From an uncultured Candidatus Saccharibacteria bacterium (lineage in GTDB: Bacteria; Patescibacteriota; Minisyncoccia; UBA6257; 1-14-0-10-44-23), in the NCBI GenBank assembly GCA_964641225.1, contig CAZXKC010000005.1, positions 32,134 to 96,133 of the forward strand: DNA of 64,000 bases, given 5' to 3'. Both the position numbers and the translations under genes were made by a program. Positions 56,543 through 64,000 of the stretch are shown one piece after another. The notes beneath the pieces are model-generated. The model was not told the DNA's origin. It saw only the letters and a program-made list of their open reading frames with translations, and ran no database searches. Every line of letters starts with the position of its first letter. Positions within the stretch are counted from its first letter, which is position 1.

Positions 56543-56773
56543 CTAAACGAGCGCCTCGTCGACCTCCTTTTTATTAAAACCGACTAAAATAGTCCCCCCG
56601 ATATCAAGAACGGGCACTCCGAGCTGGCCACTCTTTGCAACCATTTCGTCGCGGGCAGCGTCATCTTCGGCAACATTTACCTCGGTGTACGCAATATTTT
56701 TACTCGTGAAATATTCTTTTGCCATTTTGCAATACACGCAGGTCGGAGTTGAATAAATTTTGATTGTTTTCAT
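56543..56773 (-). CDS. Glutaredoxin/NrdH-like small redoxin
   Basis: 76 aa, CVYC active site near the N-terminus, GVPVL...G motif. Confidence 0.75.
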   Translation of the reverse strand: MKTIKIYSTPTCVYCKMAKEYFTSKNIAYTEVNVAEDDAARDEMVAKSGQLGVPVLDIGGTILVGFNKKEVDEALV

Positions 56774-56916
56774 ACTACAAATTGATTATTTTTTGATACT
56801 CGAAAAGTATACCCCCACACCAAAAAATTTACTATAGCAATCTAAAATGCTGGAAATATAATGCTTTGGTGTGGGGGTATAGCACGCGTGTCAAGTGCCA
56901 AATCTATCTAGGTAAA

Positions 56917-57609
56917 CTACTGCGCAATTTTTGCAAGCTCCTCGTCAATCACCTGTTTAAAGGTCTCGTATGGATACGCTCCAGCAATAAATACTCCGTT
57001 AATAAAGCTTCCCGGAGTTCCTTCAATACCGGCCGCAGCACCATCCTGCTGATCTTTAGCGATCTCGGCGGCAGTGGCCGGGTCGTTCGTACAGTCTGCG
57101 AACTTTTTAAGATCAAGATTAAAGGTTTCTGCGAGCTGAGTAAAGTCGAGCTTCGCTAACTCTGACTGTTTTGCAAAGAGTGCGTCGTGATATTGCCAAT
57201 ATTTACCCTGTACTCCTGCACACTGCGCAGCTTTTGCAGCAGGAAGAGCACTTGGGTGTATATTTGTCAGCGGAAAATCACGGAAGGCCATCTTTATCTT
57301 TCCGGTATCAACATATTCTGTGCGCAACTTTGATTCAACCTCAGTAAATTGCTGTTCACAAAATGGACACTGATAATCTCCAAAAATAATTACGGTTACT
57401 GGCGCGGTAACATCACCAAGCACGGCATCATCATCAACGGTCGGTGCGATCGCGACCTGAGCAGCACCCGTGGCAGCTGCATTAAAAAACGGTTTACCGC
57501 TTGGTTTGTACATGACCGCGCCTGCAACCAAAACTCCGGCAACAATAATACTAACCGGAATCATAAAAACATTTGACTTTGAACTTTTCCCTGCTGTTTC
57601 GTGATCCAT
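56917..57609 (-). CDS. DsbA-family thiol:disulfide oxidoreductase (membrane-anchored)
   Basis: N-terminal TM helix; thioredoxin-fold CPFC active site (YQCPFCEQ). Confidence 0.75.
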   Translation of the reverse strand: MDHETAGKSSKSNVFMIPVSIIVAGVLVAGAVMYKPSGKPFFNAAATGAAQVAIAPTVDDDAVLGDVTAPVTVIIFGDYQCPFCEQQFTEVESKLRTEYVDTGKIKMAFRDFPLTNIHPSALPAAKAAQCAGVQGKYWQYHDALFAKQSELAKLDFTQLAETFNLDLKKFADCTNDPATAAEIAKDQQDGAAAGIEGTPGSFINGVFIAGAYPYETFKQVIDEELAKIAQ

Positions 57610-57693
57610 AATGTAATTTGAATTAAATGCCTATAACGACTATACTACTATAGATATGCGTTCTAGCAAATTAGACTAGAACGCTATTTTAAT

Positions 57694-59136
57694 ATGAAGT
57701 CTTCAATAAAAGAACATCAGAGCAGTGCTGCTGCTTTTTTGTTACATGGCGGGGCACGATCCCTCCTGCTAGTTATCGGCGATAGTATTTCCTACTATGC
57801 TGCTCTTATTTTAACGCTTGTCGTGCGCTATGGCGCTGAAAGTTTTCATGGCGATGTTTTTTTCGTTCATCGCTATGCATTCACGATCGGGTTAGTCATC
57901 TGGCTGACTGTGTTTTACATCGGCGGATTATATGACCGACAGATTGTCGTACGAAGCCTCCTTGATCGTCGATTTTTTTCCCTTGTTGCGATTGGAGGGA
58001 TTGTTTTGATCGTGATGTTTTATTTCTCAACCTCTCTGGGAATTACGCCGAAGATTACCTTATTTATTTTTATTGGCATGTATGCCGTGATTGGGTATGC
58101 ATGGCGCATGACCTGCAACTCCGTAATTCGCTCAGCAGCCGGCCGCGGATCTATTCGACTGATGATTATTGGATCTTCAGTTGCAGCCGATGAAGTCGTA
58201 ACTGCTATAGAAACTAACACCTCATTTGGATACACCCTTGCACATTGGCTTAAAGATGGCTTACAGGCATACGCAGATCCAAGCAGTTTTTTAGAAAAAG
58301 TAAGGCAACACCAGATCGATGTAATCGTAATCCCGCAAAACTTAGAACATGACCCGGGCGCAGTTCGTATTCTTTACTCTGCGCTGATGAGCGGAACATC
58401 AATCGTAACGTTACCTGATTTTTATGAACGAATTTTTGAAAAAGTATCACTTTCAATTCTAGACGAGACGTGGCTCATTCGAAATTTGGCCGATAGACGA
58501 CCGCGTTACCGAGTCATACGACGCATCGCAGAGCCCATAGTAGGAGCCTTGGTCTTGGCTATAGCAAGTCCGCTACTCGTCTTTGCTGCAGCACTCATCT
58601 GGCTTACCTCGCGAGGGTCTATATTGTACCGTCAAACACGAGTTGGTTATGATGGAAAAAAATTCACGCTCTACAAGTTTAGAAGCATGTACGCTCATAA
58701 GGAAAAAAATCCTGATGCGGACCAAAGCTCTCCGACCTGGTCTTCGGGCTCACATGATCCGCGCATAACACCAATTGGAAGATTTTTACGAGCAACCCAT
58801 ATTGATGAGTTGCCTCAGTTTATCAACATTGTTCGCGGAGAGATGTCATTTGTCGGACCGCGTCCGGAACGACCTGAATTTACCGTTGACCTAGAAAATC
58901 AAATTCCCTATTACACATTGCGATATTTAGTCCGGCCAGGAATTGCGGGGTGGGCTCAGCTGAATTATCCCTACGGTGCAAGCACTAGCGACGCATATCA
59001 AAAACTCCAGTATGATATTTACTACATCAAGCGCAGATCAGTGTGGCTCGATGCAACTATCATTCTTAAAACTATTAAGCGGATTTTTGTGCCCGCAGAA
59101 CATCCGCACAGCACCGAGGCTCGCCGCTATGGGTAA
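57694..59136 (+). CDS. Undecaprenyl-phosphate sugar phosphotransferase (WbaP/WcaJ-type initiating glycosyltransferase)
   Basis: N-terminal TM block plus C-terminal bacterial sugar transferase domain (LYRQTRVGYDGKKFTLYKFRSM...DELPQFINIVRGEMSFVGPRPERPEF). Confidence 0.85.
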   Translation: MKSSIKEHQSSAAAFLLHGGARSLLLVIGDSISYYAALILTLVVRYGAESFHGDVFFVHRYAFTIGLVIWLTVFYIGGLYDRQIVVRSLLDRRFFSLVAIGGIVLIVMFYFSTSLGITPKITLFIFIGMYAVIGYAWRMTCNSVIRSAAGRGSIRLMIIGSSVAADEVVTAIETNTSFGYTLAHWLKDGLQAYADPSSFLEKVRQHQIDVIVIPQNLEHDPGAVRILYSALMSGTSIVTLPDFYERIFEKVSLSILDETWLIRNLADRRPRYRVIRRIAEPIVGALVLAIASPLLVFAAALIWLTSRGSILYRQTRVGYDGKKFTLYKFRSMYAHKEKNPDADQSSPTWSSGSHDPRITPIGRFLRATHIDELPQFINIVRGEMSFVGPRPERPEFTVDLENQIPYYTLRYLVRPGIAGWAQLNYPYGASTSDAYQKLQYDIYYIKRRSVWLDATIILKTIKRIFVPAEHPHSTEARRYG

Positions 59137-60040
59137 AAAAATAATCGTAACAGGTGGAGCTGGATTTATAGGCTCGCATATCGTCGATGCATATATTGCC
59201 GCTGGTCATTCGGTGGCAATTATTGATAATCTTTCCACGGGATCAAAAGCTAACCTTAACCCAAAGGCGCGATTTTATGAGGCAGACATTCTTGACGCTC
59301 AAGAACTCAACCGGATATTCGCCCTAGAGAAGCCAGAAGTTGTAAATCATCAGGCAGCCATTACATCAGTCCTGCATTCGGATGTTGCCAAGGTCAATGA
59401 AGAAGGAACAGCGGCAGTCTTAGTAGCCGCAGCTCCATATATAAAAAAGTTTATTTTTGCCTCCAGTGGAGGAGCCCTTAATGCGAATCCAAAAAAAATA
59501 CCGACCACTGAAGATGAGACGCCAACACCGATTTCGGAATATGGCCGTTCGAAATTAGCCGGCGAAAACTTCGTAAAAGAAGCGGCGAAAAAATACAATT
59601 TTTTGTACACTATTTTACGGCCCTCAAATGTCTATGGTCCTCGCCAAAACTCTCACGGCGAAGGCGGAATTGTAGCCATCTTCACGCATCTCGCGTTAGA
59701 GAATAAACAACCGACTATATATCAGAAAGACGCCACACGTGATTATGTCTATGTCAGCGATGTTGCGCGAGCAAACCTACTTGTACTCGATGATACTCGT
59801 AACGAAACATACAATCTAGCAACAGCAATCGAAACGCCAAATCAAGCTGTATTCGAAAAAGTTGCCGCTGTGTTTAACTGGAATCAAAGACCTATCTATA
59901 AAAACGCGCGCCCTGGAGAGGTCTTTCGCAGTTGCCTGTCCCCCGTCAAGGCCGCAGATATGCTTACATGGCAACCCGCAGTTCCCTTCTTGAAGGGAAT
60001 AACGCTCATCAAGTCGCACCTACATGATACGCATGCTTAA
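59129..60040 (+). CDS. NAD-dependent epimerase/dehydratase (UDP-sugar 4-epimerase-like)
   Basis: Start at ATG 59129 (MGKKIIVTGGAGFIGSH), overlapping the upstream stop (ATGGGTAA). YGRSK catalytic motif. Confidence 0.8.
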   Translation: MGKKIIVTGGAGFIGSHIVDAYIAAGHSVAIIDNLSTGSKANLNPKARFYEADILDAQELNRIFALEKPEVVNHQAAITSVLHSDVAKVNEEGTAAVLVAAAPYIKKFIFASSGGALNANPKKIPTTEDETPTPISEYGRSKLAGENFVKEAAKKYNFLYTILRPSNVYGPRQNSHGEGGIVAIFTHLALENKQPTIYQKDATRDYVYVSDVARANLLVLDDTRNETYNLATAIETPNQAVFEKVAAVFNWNQRPIYKNARPGEVFRSCLSPVKAADMLTWQPAVPFLKGITLIKSHLHDTHA

Positions 60041-61499
60041 AAACCTCCTGTTTGGCAATAGAACAACTGGTCAGACGCTACTTAAAAATACCTCGTGGCT
60101 TTTTATTGGTGAAATTTTCGGTAGACTGATTCGCTTTTGGATTGTTGTCTACGCTGCTCGTGTTTTAGGCGCGGCTGAATACGGTATTTTTTCATACGCT
60201 CTAACTATTGCCGCTTTTGCGACTATTTTTGCCGATATCGGCATTTCAGCATTATTAACGCGAGAAACCAGTAAGCACCCTGAGCTGCGTCAGCGCTATT
60301 TCAACTCAATGCTTGCGGCAAAATTCTTACTTATAGTACTGGTCGCCATAGGCATATACACAATTACACCTCTCATTACCAACCTATCTGGCGCACTTAC
60401 CCTTATCCCGCTGGTGATCGCAATGTTTACGTTTGATAGTTTGCGAGAATTTGGTTTTGGTATGCACCGAAGCCTGGAAAAAATGGAGCTTGAGGCAATT
60501 ACGAAAATTGTCATGAATGCACTGATAACCGGCCTTGGCTTTGCGGCGCTATATTATGAAAAAAGCGCCGGTTCGCTTTCCCTTGGGTATGCCGTCGGAG
60601 CTGCAGTAGGCTGCATTATCACCGCATGGCTCCTTCGAAAATTCATTCGAGGCCTTGCACAGGGCGTAGACATACGCCTGATCTGGCCCATGCTTAAGTT
60701 AGCCTGGCCGCTGGGCCTGTTGCAGCTTCTTGGCGCGATCATGATTAATACCGATATGGTCTTGCTCGGCTGGTGGCGGTCTCCGGTTGAGTTAGGATAC
60801 TACGGAGCGGCTCAAAAAATTATTTTATTGTTATACGTTGCACCTGCACTGTTAGCCTCGGCAGTGTTCCCTGTGTTTTCGCGTCTTGCCCATGTCGCGA
60901 ATGATCGCTTCCGATCACTATTTGAAAAAAGTATTGCCGCCGCGGAATTACTGGCTATGCCTATGGCGGTCGGTGGAATTGTGCTTGCACCTCAAATCAT
61001 AGATTTGCTATTTGGCGCTGAATATAGACCGGGCAGCACAACACTTGGCTTACTCATGTTCACCTTGATTATTGTTTTTCCGAGCACAATCTTTTCAAAT
61101 GCCTTATTTGCATACAATAAACAAAGCCGATTTATGTGGTACGTCGGCCTTGGAGTGATTTCTAATGTTATTCTTGACATACTTTTAATTCCTTCATATG
61201 GCATCGAAGGATCGGCAATTGCAACGATTATCTCTCAAATTTTGGCAAATATTTTTATATGGCGCGAAATGAAAAAAACAAATACCTTTACCCTTGCCCC
61301 GCACCTTCTACGCATTATTCCCGCAAGCATCGGCATGGGGATCAGCGCGTACCTATTGGCGCTCACTGAAATCCCAACATTAATGGTGATCGCTTGTGCC
61401 GCTATTGTTTACGTTGGAATCCTTGTGATACTCAAAGAACCTTTTTTAAGAGATCTGCGCACTATCCTGAGACCCGATCCTGCCACGCCGAACGCATAA
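60024..61499 (+). CDS. wzx: Oligosaccharide flippase (Wzx, MOP superfamily), second copy
   Basis: 491 aa, multi-TM, same N-terminal family pattern as the 33059 gene (NTSWLFIGEIFGRLIRFWIVVYAARVLG). Confidence 0.8.
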   Translation: MIRMLKNLLFGNRTTGQTLLKNTSWLFIGEIFGRLIRFWIVVYAARVLGAAEYGIFSYALTIAAFATIFADIGISALLTRETSKHPELRQRYFNSMLAAKFLLIVLVAIGIYTITPLITNLSGALTLIPLVIAMFTFDSLREFGFGMHRSLEKMELEAITKIVMNALITGLGFAALYYEKSAGSLSLGYAVGAAVGCIITAWLLRKFIRGLAQGVDIRLIWPMLKLAWPLGLLQLLGAIMINTDMVLLGWWRSPVELGYYGAAQKIILLLYVAPALLASAVFPVFSRLAHVANDRFRSLFEKSIAAAELLAMPMAVGGIVLAPQIIDLLFGAEYRPGSTTLGLLMFTLIIVFPSTIFSNALFAYNKQSRFMWYVGLGVISNVILDILLIPSYGIEGSAIATIISQILANIFIWREMKKTNTFTLAPHLLRIIPASIGMGISAYLLALTEIPTLMVIACAAIVYVGILVILKEPFLRDLRTILRPDPATPNA

Positions 61500-62805
61500 C
61501 CGCCATATACCGGGCCGCCATAGTCGCCTGCGTACATTCGCTTAACGCATATACACGTGGTTGATATGTTGGCAAATGTGTCAGAAAATCTGAAAGCGCT
61601 GAATTAAAATCAGTCGCATCTTGAAATGTTAATCCGCATCCTTTAGGTATCTCCTGCGCACCTGCCTGAGGCTTCCAGCAAAGCGTTGGCGCATTCGCCA
61701 TCCAGGCTTTTTTCAGAGCCAGGCTGCTAGTATCCTGACCGGCCATATACACAACAGCTCGCGCAGTACGAAGTAATTGCTCATATTTTTTAGAGTCAAA
61801 ACTTCCGTCTTTTGAGACAACGATTGAAACCTGATGCTGCCATAACGAAGTCATGACGTCGTGAAACAGCGCCTCGGGCACATTGCGTGCATAGACAACA
61901 ATATCCCCTTTTGTTTTGTCCGCACTACTCACTCCGACATCAGCCGCTCCGATAGGTACAACCTCTGCCCGATTAAAATATTGATCTTCTTTCGATAAAG
62001 CTTCTTTAACCCACTGCGTAGCGACAACAAATCGATTCACTGCGCCGTTCTCAAGTAAGATGCGATCACTTGACGCAGGATAGCCAATTTCAGGACCGGC
62101 AATAATAGTTCCGACAAAACCTTTTTGTTTTTGCAAAAGTGCATATTTTAAAGCATCGGCGCTGCCAATAACGCAGACCGTAGACGACATCTCTGACTCC
62201 GCTGGATCACGCTCAACTCGAATACCACTTTGCGAGAGACCATCAACCAAAAGCTCTGCGATTTCTGTAGCGTGCCTTGAAACCTCTTCTTTTCCGGAAG
62301 ATCGCGGAGTTTTAGTAAGAATAGTAATTGTTTCGCTCGTTGGCTCAATAAGCGCCCATGGTTTTCGGATAAAGCGTCGTATATATCCAAAAAAAATAGT
62401 ATCGAGCAGCGAAACTTTTTTCTTTCCCAGGCTTTTTACGATAATGCACGGGACACCGAGTCGTTTAGCAAATAAACCGTCGTAATAATACGAGTCTCCT
62501 ATCACGACAACTGGCTTTTCCGTGCGTCCTAAAAATTCGCGCAGCGAGGCATCGACATGCGGCTTTTGCTTATTGCGCTGAACAAATTCAAGACCTGATG
62601 TTGTCGCAATCGACTGAGCAATAACGCTATTACTGCATATATATATCTGATTACCCTGCGCTGCCAATTTTTGTATTGCTGCCCGGGAGGCAGGGTCGAT
62701 CTCGACAGCACCCTGCGGTGCAATAGTTCCCTCAAGATCAAGTAGAATAAGGCTATCTTTTAATGCTGACAGATTAAGGTCGCGAAAATATATATCGTGC
62801 TCCAT
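61462..62805 (-). CDS. Two-domain protein: N-terminal HAD-like hydrolase (DxDGT-type LLDLEGTI) fused to a glycosyltransferase-like C-terminal domain
   Basis: HAD motif I LILLDLEGTI and motif III region VVVIGDSYYYD. The C-terminal half has a GT-B-like pattern; 447 aa. Confidence 0.5.
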   Translation of the reverse strand: MEHDIYFRDLNLSALKDSLILLDLEGTIAPQGAVEIDPASRAAIQKLAAQGNQIYICSNSVIAQSIATTSGLEFVQRNKQKPHVDASLREFLGRTEKPVVVIGDSYYYDGLFAKRLGVPCIIVKSLGKKKVSLLDTIFFGYIRRFIRKPWALIEPTSETITILTKTPRSSGKEEVSRHATEIAELLVDGLSQSGIRVERDPAESEMSSTVCVIGSADALKYALLQKQKGFVGTIIAGPEIGYPASSDRILLENGAVNRFVVATQWVKEALSKEDQYFNRAEVVPIGAADVGVSSADKTKGDIVVYARNVPEALFHDVMTSLWQHQVSIVVSKDGSFDSKKYEQLLRTARAVVYMAGQDTSSLALKKAWMANAPTLCWKPQAGAQEIPKGCGLTFQDATDFNSALSDFLTHLPTYQPRVYALSECTQATMAARYMAVMRSAWQDRVSG

Positions 62806-62810
62806 AGCTA

Positions 62811-64000
62811 TTAAAGCCCGGTAATACCAACTGACTCAAATATCTCTTTAAGCTGAGGCCAATTCGTAGATTGTTTTACCTCCGGAGCCATCTCTAATAA
62901 CTTTAAGAATATATCTCGTGCTTCGTCGCGCTTACCCATATAATAACTAACCAATCCATATTTAAGAAGATATTCTTTATTGGTCGGTTCGAGCTCAGAT
63001 GCGCGTTTAAAGAAAGCATAAGCTTTTTCATATTGCTCGGCATCGCCAAAGATACCGCCAAGCATTGCATACTCAAAGGCGGGTCCAGGCGCACGGCCTA
63101 ATTCAATCGCCCTACTAAATTCAGCTAACGCCTCGCCTCCTGTACTAAATCGCACAAGCATCAGCGCATAATTCCAATGTGATTCTGGTGAAAGCGGATC
63201 GAGCGCTATCGCCGCACGCATGTCTTCAAAGGCGCCGTTTTTGTCTCCTTGTAACACCTTAGCCTTTGCCCGAACAAACAACGTCTGCTGGCGATTCGGC
63301 GAAATCATCTCTGCCTTTGCAATATCTTCATCGATTCCAACTAAATACTTGGGATTAATACGATAAAATACGGTTCGCGCGTCGGCAATAGAAATTCGTA
63401 GGAAGTAATTTTGAGGTTCATTTTGTGCACTCGCCTCCGCGTCCGCTAGTGCACGCTCCAAAAATTGGACTGCATTAGGAAGCGTCACCTGCTGAACCTG
63501 CGAGGCAATTGATGTGAGCAAATCCTGAGATAATAATATCTTGAATGGATAATAAAGATCGTTTGCTCGCTCATAGGCTGCGATGGCCTCGGGCGCCCTA
63601 TCCTGAACCATATTGTTAAGCATTTGATAGTGCGCAAGATTACCTCGCAACACAGAAATATGTGCGGTGGCCAATACAAGACAGACCGGCACAGATAATC
63701 CGGCCGCCACCAAAGCCATTCTATTTGATTTAGCAGATAGATGACTCTGCTCAATCTTAGATGAAAAACATACCACCGCAGCTAAGCCAATAAATAAATT
63801 TAGATATGTACCGAATGTATCGAACAAGAATAAGCTCTGGACAATGTATGCGATAAAGGCAGCGCGGGCAAAGACACGATATTGATGTTCAGCAGTCACG
63901 CCTTCAATGCGCCGCCAGACAACATATAAAAGCCATAGATATGCAGCAAAACCGAGAACGCCTGTGGTTGCTAAGATTTCTAGCGGTACGTTGTGTGGCT
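62811..64000 (-). CDS. O-antigen ligase/polymerase-like membrane protein with C-terminal TPR repeats (5' end beyond window)
   Basis: The reading frame stays open upstream of the track start (GTG 63899) to the window edge, through hydrophobic TM segments (LGFAAYLWLLYVVW...). The C-terminal region carries 4-5 TPR repeats. Confidence 0.6.
   Translation of the reverse strand, partial: PHNVPLEILATTGVLGFAAYLWLLYVVWRRIEGVTAEHQYRVFARAAFIAYIVQSLFLFDTFGTYLNLFIGLAAVVCFSSKIEQSHLSAKSNRMALVAAGLSVPVCLVLATAHISVLRGNLAHYQMLNNMVQDRAPEAIAAYERANDLYYPFKILLSQDLLTSIASQVQQVTLPNAVQFLERALADAEASAQNEPQNYFLRISIADARTVFYRINPKYLVGIDEDIAKAEMISPNRQQTLFVRAKAKVLQGDKNGAFEDMRAAIALDPLSPESHWNYALMLVRFSTGGEALAEFSRAIELGRAPGPAFEYAMLGGIFGDAEQYEKAYAFFKRASELEPTNKEYLLKYGLVSYYMGKRDEARDIFLKLLEMAPEVKQSTNWPQLKEIFESVGITGL

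Overview
This window looks like a low-GC, gene-dense Patescibacteria/CPR-type chromosome segment. Most genes are on the minus strand, many overlap by 4-8 nt, and Shine-Dalgarno sequences are weak.

Backbone genes recognised:
- Housekeeping: map, adk, a type-II NADH dehydrogenase, gatC-gatA, ligA, groES-groEL, trxB, a glutaredoxin-like protein and a DsbA-like protein.
- A tdh-kbl threonine-to-glycine pair.
- A type IV pilus/competence block: pilD, pilT, pilM and comF.
- A P-type ATPase.
- Two surface-glycan clusters, at about 32-48 kb and 57.7-64 kb. They hold two Wzx flippases, several GT4 glycosyltransferases, two UDP-GlcNAc 2-epimerases, a LicD-family transferase, an RmlD/FdtA-like pair, a WbaP initiating transferase and an O-antigen-ligase/TPR protein that runs off the window end.
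- Four tRNAs: Met-CAT, Asp-GTC, Cys-GCA and Ser-GGA.

Six short high-GC patches (about 60-65% GC) interrupt this roughly 40-45% GC backbone. Two are non-coding but rich in hairpins: 3521-3966 and 5806-6300. I could not confidently assign either to RNase P RNA, tmRNA or SRP RNA. Four are small protein-coding cassettes: 23028-23434, 31450-31931, 44294-45160 and 45225-45732. The 31450-31931, 44294-45160 and 45225-45732 cassettes carry near-consensus sigma70 promoters (TTGACA/TTGACT/TTGCAA with a 17-18 nt spacer and TATAAT); all four have strong AGGAGG-type ribosome-binding sites and clean intrinsic terminators. That architecture is foreign to the surrounding CPR-like genes.

Other things worth a second look:
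- A mitochondrial-type monomeric PheRS, with the catalytic core fused to a C-terminal FDX-ACB anticodon-binding domain.
- An 846-aa fusion of a QueC-like PP-loop/zinc-ribbon domain with a MurD-type ligase.
- A duplicated ~42-nt 3'-UTR motif (TCTAATACNTCTATT repeated twice) after ndh and tdh.
- A ~190-nt structured leader with an intrinsic terminator in front of a 755-aa acidic low-complexity protein. That protein is followed by a compact Clp/Hsp100 ATPase and a DUF87/TraD-like P-loop ATPase.
- A LicD + CTP-transferase + truncated pyruvate-kinase-barrel module.
- A small PD-(D/E)xK nuclease, membrane protein and high-GC gene island next to tRNA-Cys.

No CRISPR array, integrase or transposase was seen.
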